From Phoronis australis (lineage: Eukaryota; Animalia; Phoronida), in the NCBI GenBank assembly GCA_002633005.1, contig NMRA01000202.1:583626-647625 (forward strand): 64,000 bases of DNA, read 5' to 3'. Shown piece by piece: positions 51,394 to 64,000 of this stretch (its first letter is position 1; each line of letters starts with the position of its first letter). Below the pieces are notes generated by a model that was given only the letters and a program-made list of their open reading frames with translations, made no database searches and was not told where the DNA came from. The translations under genes were made by a program, and so were the position numbers.

Positions 51394-52339
51394 TGGCAAT
51401 GAAAGGTGGTGTTAGAGATGTGATAGAGAAGTGACTGAGTGGTGATCAGTGGCATTTCAACAGTTATGCGGGTAAGGAGAAATGATGGCAAGGTGGTAAA
51501 TCATACAAGGATAGATGTACATTGTTGGTGGTAAAATCTGCGCAATTTTTGAAGGAGATCTGACTTTGATGGATTAACTTTTCAACCCGCGGTGGGTTTT
51601 TGTTTGCCAACAAGACGTTAGCGAAGAATGCTGGGATGAATTTAGTGGAGACATTGCGGAAGTTGCAGCTATGAGAAGGTGAGGAGAAATGATGGGAGTT
51701 TGCTGAAGTTGTCTGTTTGGAATGGATCCTTAGAGGTTCACTAAGGTGTGACATTTGTCACTGTGTATCATTGAAGGAAACAAGTTTGGTGAAGATGAAT
51801 AAGTGTCTGTGGTTGTACTGTTAGTTACGTAACATATGAGGATAGAGCGAAGGTGGGCTATGTTGGTTTTTGTTTCTTCTGTCAGATCTAAGTCGACAAA
51901 GGAGATCATCGGAGTGCATGTTATATAATCGAGTACTGTACAATGTACTGAAATGGTTTGTTTTTGTAAAGCCTAGTCATTTTAGTCATTTCCTTGTGCC
52001 AGAATGGACAGTACATGTGAAAGTTAGGTTAACTTTGAAGTTTGTTAAAGGGACTCGGTCGATTTTGGGGCAGAAAAAATATTTTTGGGATTGTTGGAGT
52101 TATTAGCTTAGACCAGAGCTATAAAACACCAAAATCAGTTGTCTTTTAAGAGTTCATTTGGAATCATTGATTCTCTATGTTGGCTTCCAGATATTCAGTA
52201 GTGTTTTCTAAAATTGATTCTAGTGTTTTCATATTAGTTAAAATTGACAAGGTCAGTGACGATGACAAGTGTTTTACGAGTATCGACAGGCATTTGGAAT
52301 ACGCTTAAAATACTCGTCAACTTGCAGCATTGGCTTTAA

Positions 52340-52500
52340 TATAGCTCTTCTAGCAAAGCATTGTACTGTGGCTGTCAAAGTCATGGGTTTGAATCCCTAT
52401 CATGGGGCTGATCTCATTGATACCCATATCCCTTAAATCGTCCTTTCTCGGAGTGTGTTTCTGTATCTGTAACCTGTCCTGCAATTATTTCTGAGTAACC
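52340..52500 (+). mobile_element. tRNA-headed SINE-like element in CEP131 3'UTR
   Basis: TAGCTC...GTCATGGGTTTGAATCCC head and CCTGCAATTATTT tail. Confidence 0.45.
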
Positions 52501-52866
52501 TCTATTAAATACCAATGTGATAAAGTTTTTAAACATTAGCATGATTGCTTACTAAAGGATAGTCAATGTGTAGTTATAGTTATTGGTTTATGTACTTAAT
52601 GTTTTTAGCACATCTTTGGATTTATTTGCTGTGCCTTATTTTATAATCACTGCCTGTGATGTCATAGTTAGGGTTGTTCCACGGTTGGACTTGACTCAAG
52701 CTGTGTTGTTATGAATCTGTTATGTTGTACTTTATTTATTCTATTGTACCTATTACAACTGTGCTTTCTAAGAAATTTCAAAACTGCCTTCATGTGCTAC
52801 AGACTCAAGTTTTTCTTTTGTAAATTTTGCATCTTGTGGTTTTCAAGGGTGCACCTAGATTTCTAT

Positions 52867-52872
52867 AATAAA
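52867..52872 (+). terminator. Putative CEP131 polyadenylation signal
   Basis: AATAAA ~1.5 kb after the stop, at the end of a T/G-rich UTR-like tract. Confidence 0.4.
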
Positions 52873-53581
52873 CGCTCAAAAGTCGCGTCACATCAGTCCA
52901 GCAACACAATGCATCAGATTCACGGCATAAATCACGAAGATATAATTAACTAGGTGAGGATCTGACCAAAACATTAGCTGTTCATTCATGCGAAGATGGG
53001 TTAAGTGTGTGGGCGTGTTGTCTTAGTTTAAAATACATTATTGGTGCAAGGCATTTTGAGTTAACAAAATACGGTTTTCCATTATTTTGCACTTGAAGGG
53101 GCTGAATGCTGGAGACCATCCCCTAAATCCAGTCTCTTAGACCAATTTCCAATCTGGCTAGGAAATTTCATCGCAATGGAAGTACAAATTTTTGTTGATG
53201 CCATCATGTCCCAACACACCCGTAAATAAAAATTACACTCTGGAGTATGTCTATTTTTGAAAATGCTATTAACCCGCCTTCAGTTAAAAATACTATCTTT
53301 TGACTTGGGCAGCAAACTGTTAGAAAACTAGTCTTGACTTCCTCAAGCAGATTAGAAACGATATCTGGGCTTGAGAGAACTGACAGTACATTATTGCTTA
53401 AACCAGGCTAGAGCTCGGTGCATGTGACCTCATTGGTATGTCAAACCAACAGTAAGTCTTCCCAAGCAAAGAGTACTTTCTAATCTGAATACGGAACAAG
53501 TCGCGATGAGAGTAGTTTATGGCAAGCGGCCTGAATCAAGTTTTTTAACAGAAGGAAGAAAATAACCACGTGACAGGTTAT

Positions 53582-53598
53582 TTTATTTGAAGTTTATT
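53582..53598 (-). terminator. Putative HID1 polyadenylation signals (implies ~3.9-kb 3'UTR)
   Basis: Two AATAAA hexamers on - strand (53582-53587, 53593-53598). Confidence 0.4.
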
Positions 53599-56500
53599 TG
53601 ACGTACAACAGATCTCTCCACAACCACTAATTCATCTACTTTGTAGGATTATCACGGCTATGAAATGTCACATGCCAATCAAAAAACTTGAAACACAAAT
53701 TCTTATTGAGGAATAAACAAAACAAGTCTTACTAAAAAAAGAAAATACTTTAGCAATACTAAACTTGAACCTCTTGTTACCGAGACAAAAATAGGGATAA
53801 ACTAATGTAATATAAGTTATATGAAGCACCCAAAATATACACATAAAATCAATGTAGACAACACTGCAAAGCTGAGCATGATTTTTTTAAATTACAACAT
53901 CTAAGGGTCATATCACTCGTACACTAACTTGGAAGTGAGCACATAGCGTCTTTTACAGGAATTTTCAACAAAAGCTGACCATTGCCTTTATAATGAAAAA
54001 ATACTTAGGCAACTATCATAAATATTTTCAAGGAGGGTATACTCATTAGTGTTCACTTGTCCACACTTACAGACTACACAAACACCTATTAAGTCAAAGC
54101 TGAGAACAGGAAGGTAAAATATTTATGTAACTTCACCAGATTTATCAGCTTTTTGTTCACAACTAACAGTAGCACAGCAATTCTCCACGTATTTTGCCCA
54201 AAAATAATTCCAAATTTGCCATTTTTCAGTTCTACCTTGCTGCAAATAAGGGAAGATTTAGATGTTCTATGACATCTATACTGTCACATAAAACCGTGCT
54301 AGTAACAGATTGAAATTATCTTTACTTTTCTGAAGAAATTTGGCAAAATAAAATTTCACTTGTCCATCATATTGCCTGCTCAATAGGTGAAGAATTGCAG
54401 TAGATTCTGAATATCAAGAAATTATTCAATTTAATTAATATATTAATCGACCTAAAGCTTCAGTGGCTGATGCTATCTCAATGAAAAACAAAGAATTTAT
54501 ACACAATGGATATAAGTGTTTCTAGCACTCAGAAGACAGTATTAATTTAACTGGAGCTTGGTATTTACATAAATGCAGTCAAGCTCTGCCTATGGAAGCT
54601 CTGTTGAATAACGTTGTGCAACCCACGAATCAACTTAGTTTATAGCAATGGCAACTACTGCATTTACTCGAGCCAACTAGCTCCTCTAGTGTTAGAAAAT
54701 GGAATCATCAAGGCTGTGACTGATTATGCACTACCAAAGAAACATTCAGATATAACATGTACCCGGTAATTGATCTTCACTGACCCAACCTTGGTAAATC
54801 GCATCTGTATAACATCTACTAATTCTAACCACACATATGACTACTATGGGCAATGTAGAGAAGTGGATTACAACTCGGATGAACAGTAGGTTTACAAGCA
54901 AATATTCTTTAAGCAATTATGAGACATTTTCAGCTGCATAATCGGCAACCTGAACAACATGGATGACAAAGCTCCTCACTCATCTACAAGGACCTGTAAA
55001 CTCAATTTACCGACTCGAAAAAACTCATGCCCAAACTGACTCTCGAAGCATGGCTCAGACGCAGGTCCCCTGGCAACGTGGTTCCAGCACCTGTAAACAC
55101 GGCCGTGATTTTTTGGGTGAGAAAGTTGTTTTAGTAAGTGTAGGCACCAGTATGAGTTGGTGAACTGAATTACAGGTCCGTGAATCGTGTTCACAAGTGT
55201 GTGAGCCATGCTGTTCAGGTAGCCTGATTACTAACTACCAAGCCAACATTAACAGATTATCTTATTCAATAAGACAATGTATAATCATTTCTTGATGCAT
55301 GTGTATTGCATAACACAGTTTGGCACTAAAAACACCTTTAACTAATCTACCTGAACCCACATACATGCCCCAATTGTTTCACTGCTCAATGGCCTCTGGA
55401 AAACCCAAGTCACTTGAATGGTTGCAGTAGGTTTTAACAGTTATTTCGTAACCCATTAAATATTGACGTCATCTCCAAGCAATAACCTACAGAGCACGAA
55501 CGAATACAGTCAAACTGGGTTAAAAGTAACGTTCCTGGAACTTTTTAACATGTTCTTTGTAACTGAAATTCAAACCAAATTACTTATCAGATGTATTCCA
55601 GTACAGTTGATTTGTCGAAAAGTACATTAGAAGTAAAGTACACAAATTTTATAGACTAGGGTGGTCCCATTGTGGCTCGACTGTAACAAATAATCTGACA
55701 CAAACGGTCACGTTTTGACTATAAAAACAATAGGTAAAACAGCAATCTGTTTAGCCAATTAAAAGTCACACACCAAGCCACAATATGTGAATGGCAGACA
55801 GAATATCTACAATTGCTGCTCTTCCCACCACATAGTGCTGCACCTTCTGAGCCATGTCTAGAAATCTTGAGCCATGTTTGAAGAGCCTGAATTTTGTCTA
55901 CTTTACAAGACAATTTGTTGAAATATTATTGCACAATCACGGTACTACTTTTTTGCTGCAAAAATGGTAGTGACAAGATGAGTGAGTTAAAATTAATGAC
56001 TGTGTGGCTGTAGTTCTTTCTGCGAAATAGTAGACAGGGAGATTGGGATGCAAAATAGAGACGCACAACTTGCACCATGTTTGGATTTTTGCTCAGGGAG
56101 ATCTCTGTATTGCACACACTGGTTCTAATCAGTAAACACATAAGCAGTGTAGTTCAATTCATCAACTAATAAACATCCCACCATTTCCTGTATGCTGTTG
56201 GCCAAATTTAGATGTAGCCTCTCACAGAGTTTGATATCGATTTATTACTAACACCAGTCAGTGGACACTGACTTACTACTCACAGTGCATTTATTTTTTT
56301 CAATAAAAAGGACAACCATTTTATTGTCAGAAAAATGGCGAAATCCTCTAGGAAGAATTACAGTCAAAGGATTAATCACAATTCATGTCTTCCTGGTTTG
56401 AATACCTCCAATCTGTGACTACCTGAGGTTTGATGAAATTTTCGCATTTTTTTAACTACATATTCAACTACTTGGCATAAGGGTTCTTCACTCACATTAC

Positions 56501-57467
56501 AGTCACGGCACAGAGTTACAGAACAGAATTTTAAAGATGGGAAGAAATGACCACTGGGTCAAACACAAAACTTATCTCCCATGAATACCTATTAAAACCA
56601 TGAAGAATATGAGAGACTTACAAAGCAAATGACTACAGTTAGTCACTTGGGATTGGTGACGTCTGCTGCCACCTTTGCCTCCCCTCTGCAAAACTTAATA
56701 AACCCCAGTATAACCTTGGTTGATGAAAATACATGTGCAACCGTGTCCATTATTTCTATTTCCCAATTTTAATTTGCATTATAGTACCATAATTTAAAAC
56801 ATCCATTGATGACAATAAATACCTTACAACTAGTGTATTACATTTCATTTGTGCCACACCTAAAACACAACTGCAATAGTTTACAGGAAGAAACAGTACA
56901 CCGGACCTTTCTACGAAGAGATTGTTAACCACCTGGCACAAAGAATTTTGGGACATATTTCTACTACAGTGATGATTTGGCAAGAAGATCAATATATTAT
57001 ATGCAATGGAGATGGTTGCAGTACTAATAGAAGTTGATCGAAAACGTGAAGCAACTATGAATCATAAAAGATGGCAGAAATATGGCCCACAGTTCATTGT
57101 GCATATTAAAAAACTCTTGGACCTGACCGCGGGACCAAATTTCTGAACTGAGACTCAGATTCAGACTTGAAACGTAACGAATGATGCAACGTCATTCAAG
57201 TACAAATTTTTTGTTTACTTGAAGCGGGACATGCAGTTGGTCAATTTCACAGTCGAGTTTCGAGTTCAGAAAATAGACACCGTACCCTGATTACAAAGTT
57301 ACAAATCCACAGGTGCTCCATGCATAACTCAAGAGCAGATCAAGGTAGGCCTCTGGTACCCAATGCTTCGTCATCTTCGAAACCACAAACCTCAATTCAC
57401 AAATCACATCACCTATTGATACATTCGGCTTGTATGCAGACTACAGCGACATGCTGCAGCAAGATTC

Positions 57468-57531
57468 TTAGACTCGTTGTATTTCAAACAATTTGACGTC
57501 CGTGTCATACCACACTGGTGGATCCACGTTT
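57468..57531 (-). CDS. HID1: HID1 last coding exon
   Basis: NVDPPVWYDTDVKLFEIQRV-TAA. Confidence 0.96.
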
Positions 57532-60500
57532 CTGAAACATAAGAGAGAATGCAGTGACACAAAATCCGTTATTCACACTTTTTGGTTAGAATCGATTGAA
57601 CCATCAACAGTAACATCACCATGACAATGTACTAGACACTAAACTCACCTGAGATATATCACTCCCCACATGTAAGTTCTAAACCACATTGTGGTTCCTG
57701 CGTTAGCCTGGTATTTCCTAATCAGAATGGGGTGAGGCACCGGTAGTAACCCCACCAAGGTGCCGTGTTGGAGAAACTTGAGAATCTCACTCTCATCTGT
57801 CAGACCTCTGTAATATCACAAACAAACTAATACAGTCACAGGACATCCTACCAACAGACATTCGCAACCAAATTCTCAAAAACATCCAGAAATGCATTTT
57901 TTATCAAGTACTTGCCTATTATGTTAACACAGAAATCATAATCTGGGCATTCAAAAGTGAAATGTTTAAAATCCACGGGTGGGCGGAAATGGCCCTAACA
58001 AATACGGTAATGCGCAAAATCAGACTCGACTCGTAGAAATAATTTTAAGTGCCTTATTCCAGCAACTACACACATTTTCTCTCACTCGCTAATTGTTAAC
58101 TTGCTAGTTTATCTAGGCATGCAATGCTTTGTGAACATAACGCTAGCCTAGTTCTACTTCAAATATTTGCCATTACAACCCTTTTAAGAACTTAAACATT
58201 GCTTAAAACACCCAGCTCATAGACACTTCAGCCACCGTGACTATAGAAAACAGTCATAATTAAAATATTAACATATTAAACTCTAGCCAGGCACGATTTG
58301 TTACAAACTGAATGAGCAGCTGAGCAAGACAGAAATAGTTTGTGAATCACTGGTCAACAATCAAGCAGTCCACTTACTTGTCTATACAGATTTTCTCAAC
58401 TTGTGGCACCAGCACTTGCAATAGTCTCATAATGGTCTGTAGGGGGAGCTTCTGTTTCCAAGACTGCACCTGCAAGACATAACAGAAACATTTGTTTGAA
58501 ATTGCCAAGCTAAGCTAATACCCGGACCAGTTAATTAATTATTAAAAAAATAAATCTTGTCAACACGTTCACGGTTGGTCATATACTGGTGCAAGATGTT
58601 CAGATTTTGAGAAGACTTTTTCGTAATCCAAACAGAAATGTTTTCAGACCTGAACATCTTGGCGTAATGAATTAAAACCAACAAGTAATGTTTCAACCAG
58701 GTTAACGAGTAATTACAAACTAAGACCAAATTCACTAAGAAGTGTTAATGAAGGGTTTGACTTATCCTCACATAGAGAAGGAGTACAGAATGCAGTTTGT
58801 CTGCACGAGGCATTCATCAGAGTCCCGCATCATTCAATAGATGCATGTTTAAAATAAAGGTAGTCAAAAGACCGTGTTTTCAAGCTTCACATCTCCATTT
58901 CATATCCACACTACACAGATGTTACAGAGACTCACCCATTCTGTGGTTGGAACAAATGTAGCGGCCACACTGGATGACTGTAAAGATGGTGACCGCGACA
59001 GTGGCAGGTGTGGAGGGCGTGGCAAGTTTGGGTTTGAAGGTGTAGTTGGCTAAAATACAAGATACGACGTGCAGAGGCGGTGCATAAGTGAAGTGTATGA
59101 CAGAGTTGGTAACAACAGCAAGAACACAGCAGTATTCCGTCTATACCATGAATATGTAACAATTGATCTATAGTTAACTCTGACTTGCAAAGACAAATAA
59201 TAAAATGACTGTAAGAACGCGAGAATCGAAGAGGTAACAATAACGCGTGTTTACATTGAATGAAGATAAAATGTACACTGCCAAAATTTAAACACAAAAT
59301 CACATTTTGTTAATTCTCATCTGAGGTTGTTTTAAAACATAGCCATTTTCAACTCATTACATAAAGCTATTTTCAGGTGGAATCAGCTTAAGTTACGTAG
59401 CAATACAGTTCCGATATTTACTACATTTTTTCAACACTCTTTCACAGTTCCAGTTTTGGAAGGGCACCGTACGAATAGAATTCCGTTCCACGCATGGGAA
59501 TCAGAGGTATTTCACAACTTTTGACCAATAGGATGTTGAAAATTATGTTAACACATCATTCTGTTTACCAATGAAAGGCCAAGGCGTCATTATAAAACAT
59601 TGCTTTTGCTCATAGTACTTCATCTAATGAAAACATGTTATTTTTAAAATAACAATTACTTTTCATTTGGCATTTGCGAAACTTGATTGCACTTTTTCCA
59701 CACTATTAATTGTCCAACTGACAACTGATGATTGAAGCGCTTCAAACTTTATTTGAACCTCAAACTGTTAGGGCCAACTGTCAGTGGAAACTGGAACCGG
59801 TAGCTCAAATCAAACCATTAATTGAAGGTCAAACCAACAACATATAAACTGTAGTTCGAAAATGAGCATTAAGTTTTGCAAAAGTAAACTCCATTTTTAC
59901 ATAATGAAATCCAAATGAAAAAGTAAATGCCATATAAAAATAAGATGTTTAATAGACCCTGTAACATCACACTGCTCACCTCACTTTTTGACCCTGCCTG
60001 AGACTCCTCACTCTGCCCAGGCACATGTCGGTCTGCAGTGGCGCCCTCTGTGTCACTAGACTGAGACTCAGTTCCATCCTGATTGGTTCCACCCCCCTTC
60101 TCCTCGCTCTCCTTCTCGCCAGAATCCCCCGCTGTGCCAGCAGCAGCAACCCCTTTGGGCGAGGACGGCGACCGCCTCTCTGTCATCACTTGAATACCTG
60201 TCATAGATTTGATCACAGATTTCAATTCCGAACCCTCGGAGTCAGTCTGTGATGAACCCTGCGCTAACTCACGCAGTGTCTTTGGCGCATCTGCCACACA
60301 TTTCTCTGTCTGCTGAGCCACACTAGGAGCAGACGACGACAACGACTTCCTAGTAACAGTCGAGCTCCTTGGTGTTTTCTTGCCGGAAGCTGGTTGTTGC
60401 TCAGTCATGTGACTCAGACCTACAAATCAGATCCTAATCAGTGGAAGAGCAGCGCATGCGTGATTAGACACACAAGCTGTGAACAACACAACATATAAAA

Positions 60501-63500
60501 AATCAGAGGACACAGATGGATAAGGACATTTCACAGGACTGATGCAAAAGATAAAATATAATTTAATATTACTGAGATAATTCATTAATACATTAAAAGA
60601 ATAATAAAACAATTATTCCATTACCACGTCACGATGTGGAACAGTTGGTCAATTAGTTGGTGTGTGTGTTGCGGATCATCTCCGCAGTTACTGACATCAC
60701 ATTTCACAATGATTAGAACATAGAACTCTAGGACTTAAGAGTTCTGTGATTAGAACAATAATTACAACAGCCATAAGAAAATTATTCAAAAGAAAGTAAC
60801 TTAAACAGCAACCAAAACTGAAGTGCACAACATGCAGACAAAGGTTGAAATTTAACCTCAAATGAAACAGGACAGAGAACACAAGAAACATTCAAAGTTC
60901 ATCATGAGTTAACTAGTGACATCTGGAGGGTTTTAACAGGCACCACTCGCTTCCCACAGATTAATATTATTACAAAGTACTTGACAGTGTACGAACCAGG
61001 AAGAAAAATTATGAGCTTTTCGATGAATTGCTAACTTTCAAATGTTCAATAAAAAAAGATTTTGCCACACAAGTGTTATCATGAGGCTTTAAGCAAAATT
61101 CGTGCAAGGTAACTGCTGAATTTCAATAAATTATTACCAGATACTTTGCAAGGTATACCTCAGTGTTCCACCATTGACTCGTCAAGAACATAATTATCGG
61201 TTTCTTAAATGACAACATGCAGAGGTAACAAGAAACTTTGTAACTTAACGCCTAATCTTTTTGTTTTCTCATTCTTTGATACTTCATTAATTTTCTTTTT
61301 ACTGGTTTAGCGAAATCATGTCTTGCATTTGTTTTGATGACCGTCACTCCTTTATATCGTGTCAATCAAAAGGCAGAATTGAATATTAGTTATGAGCATG
61401 AAACATATGGATGAGTAGTGAATGATTTGGTGGCATTCATTTCTTGTCACCTCGTCATGTGTCCCTTTAATTAATACACACGAGTAAGTGCGTTACATAT
61501 TAATCAAACTCGTTCCACAAGCAGTTAGTTTTAAAGTTGTGCTAAAGATGGCAGGCACCTGCAAGAACAAGCCAAGAGTGTTAGAACACCGCACGATCAC
61601 TGCAGCCCACATGCATGAAGTTACACTATAATGTGCATCAAGTTGTTATTGTTGAACGCTGACTTTGACAACCGGAAGCAAAAAAATACCCAGCTGATAA
61701 ATTTTGAATTTTCGAGAAGCCAAAGAGGGCAGCAGTTTGCCTACAGAGGCAAAACAGTGGCTAAGCAGTAGGCAAGTCATGTTATACAACGTGAAACAAC
61801 AAGTAAGGGATATTTTGAATGCTCAAAAACCTTCCACTACACAGTGACATAATTCATTACAGACTTGACCAATTTATAATAGCCACGTTGATAACTCACC
61901 ATTTAAAGCAAACAAATCATGAAAATAAGACTTGTGGCAGTTGAACTGTTAAATACAACTTTCAAGAAACACACAATGCATGCTTAGACTTCACCACCTA
62001 GCTACAAAATGAAATTCAGTAATAAATAAATCACAAAAAGTGAATGTACATTGGACAATTAAAGCTGCAAGAAACAAGCTTACATCCAAAACCCAACTCT
62101 TGGTTCGCATGACTGTATAAAATTGGTCTGGACATCTAATTGTTCCTTGCTTTGATGAGAAAATATTTCTGGGCTAATGAAGAACTGACATTTCTTTATG
62201 ACTCAAGACCATGCTTGTCGCACTAAATGCCATGCAGTGACAAGCCTACTTCTTGAGCTTGCTTTAAAGCAACGATGGACTGGCAATTCTTCAAAAGCTT
62301 GGAAACAATTTTAAACTGTGTCAGAAGAGACCAGTTTTGTATTGATAAGTGAGATAGGTACATAGCACATTTAAGGCTGTCAGGTAACAAGAACAACAAG
62401 TGCAAAAATATCAATGACATATCAGGAAGTCAGTCCAGATGCTTCGGAAGGTCTCTACTATAATATAGTCGCACACAAGCTCATGCAGAATAGCACACTA
62501 CAAAGATTCACATTATTAATTAGAGACTCTGGTTTTCTGTTTCCAGAAACCAAGAAATCTGTTTCCCCAATAAAACTCTGTAATTAAATTTCCATCTTGT
62601 AAAATATTAGATTCCGTTTCACAATTTGACAGTGATGAATAACACAAAATGACCTGATCTAGGAATTGCTTTTAAATTACTTTTCCAATGAATTATGATA
62701 AACACCACTTTAAATTTATTGTTTTACGAAGTTAGAAAAAAGTGCCACCCTCAGACTGAATGAAGAACTACTTGAACATGTCTGCTGCAAAACGAGAATC
62801 GATCGATTTGTGGACGTAATATTAGAATTAGGGTATCTGCTATGGAAATATAGAAATTCCGTTCTAAATTTCTGTGAAAGAAGTCAGACTCCATGAATTC
62901 GGTCCTGGAAAACCAAAGTCTCTACACAACAGTAGGACCTGCGCAAATCATATTGTATGGATGGCACACACCATTGTACATGCCACAGACATGGCGTTTC
63001 CATAGTGACAACATGAATTTTCAGACTGAGGTGACAGACGCTCAAGCAGGTTTCGAGCTTCAGAATTAGAAAAACATCAAAGTTCTACATTGATTTATTG
63101 AATCAACGCTAAAAACAGCGAGATGCAGTATAAAGACTGGAAGCAAAGATAAGACTGAAATTTATACTAGCGAGCTCTTTGTATTGACCAGCATAGCAGT
63201 GACTGACCGAATACTCATCATCATCCAAACATAATGAACCAGTGTACAGAAAAGGTCACTCAAGGGTGAATTGCAGGGCAGGCAATGGTGAAATGTAAAA
63301 CAATCATGGTACTACCGCAAGACTTTTAAATAAAACAGTAGGTTTCAGTCATGACACCATATGTTATGTGCACTCGACAGAGATGAAATGATGGAAACAA
63401 ATCGATGAAACAAGTTTGTTCAACAAACTTTAAATATTACACAAATATGGGGACACTTTAAAGAAGGCTAGTCACTTACAATGAAGGCAAAGGCCATGCA

Positions 63501-63877
63501 TGCTTCAACATGCACTGAGAACAACAGCACACATACAACGTAAAGACAAGCCTTCAGTAAGACTTCCCCAGACTCAAGTTTTAGACCTTACACGCGGCAT
63601 GACTAAAACTAGGTGCAAAATCGATTTCCTAACCAACAGGCATTTTCATTACCTGGCGTGGCCGCTAGCGAAGCTTTGAGAGTGCCTGGTTCTGCCTCTG
63701 TGGGAGGCATGGCACCTTCCATGGACTGGGCCTCCGTCTGGTCAGCGGTAGGGTTGACAAACTTCTTGCCCCGTTTGTTGAGCGCCTTAGCGATAGTCTG
63801 GTGATCAGAGGAGAGGTTGACCAGTTGGTGGAACACATTGCGCTTACGGATAATGGTGTACACAAGATTGGCGTTTC
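57468..63877 (-). CDS. HID1: HID1 domain-containing Golgi protein, 3' part (gene continues beyond the window)
   Basis: Exons 63877-63653, 60419-59980, 59049-58936, 58469-58378, 57807-57649, 57531-57468 in phase; GNANLVYTIIRKRNVFHQL, SWKQKLPLQTIMRLLQVLVPQVEKICIDKGLTDESEILKFLQHGTLVGLLPVPHPILIRKYQAN...RNVDPPVWYDTDVKLFEIQRV-stop match the HID1 C-terminus. Confidence 0.95.
57649..57807 (-). CDS. HID1: HID1 exon
   Basis: GLTDESEILKFLQHGTLVGLLPVPHPILIRKYQANAGTTMWFRTYMWGVIYL. Confidence 0.96.
58378..58469 (-). CDS. HID1: HID1 exon
   Basis: VQSWKQKLPLQTIMRLLQVLVPQVEKICID. Confidence 0.95.
58936..59049 (-). CDS. HID1: HID1 exon
   Basis: PTTPSNPNLPRPPHL...FVPTTEW; phase 0-0. Confidence 0.85.
59980..60419 (-). 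CDS. HID1: HID1 exon (low-complexity insert)
   Basis: LSHMTEQQPASGKK...QAGSKSE; phase 1-0 consistent. Confidence 0.85.
62521..62924. mobile_element. MITE with TAGAGACT termini, superfamily unclear
   Basis: TAGAGACTCTGGTTTTC...GAAAACCAAAGTCTCTA; no clear TSD. Confidence 0.5.
63653..63877 (-). CDS. HID1: HID1 exon
   Basis: GNANLVYTIIRKRNVFHQLVNL...SMEGAMPPTEAEPGTLKASLAATP. Confidence 0.93.
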
Positions 63878-64000
63878 CTGTGAAAGAACATAAACAACAT
63901 ACTGTTCTTAAAAATATTAGCGATAAATTACAATTCTTCCAATATTTCGTACTAAAATAAAATTGCTGCTTTGCTATTTGTCAAAGCCCAACTAAAACTG

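Overview
Eukaryotic, intron-rich, AT-rich animal genomic DNA. It is probably a marine invertebrate or lophotrochozoan; this is an inference from repeat content and protein divergence. I reconstructed three spliced genes by hand with phase-consistent GT-AG junctions: complete CNOT3 (- strand, 16 coding exons, ~701 aa, 2224..28173), complete CEP131/AZI1 (+ strand, 19 coding exons, ~1208 aa, 32680..51393; head-to-head with CNOT3) and the 3' six exons of HID1 (- strand, 57468..63877; tail-to-tail with CEP131). Introns hold many non-autonomous DNA transposons (PIF/Harbinger-like with TNA TSDs, hAT-like with 6- and 5-bp TSDs, Kolobok-like), tRNA-headed SINE-like relics and degenerate tandem arrays. 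Most single-N gaps are flanked by near-identical duplications that look like haplotype-overlap assembly artefacts; one of them duplicates CNOT3 exon 2. The best leads are: (1) several RNA-structure-like elements beside CNOT3 splice sites, led by a ~330-nt multibranch fold whose G-U wobbles favour the sense strand; (2) two decayed HIRAN-like domain relics inside different transposon families; (3) repeated copies of exon ends and donor sites in CEP131 introns. Most ORFs in the supplied track are spurious.
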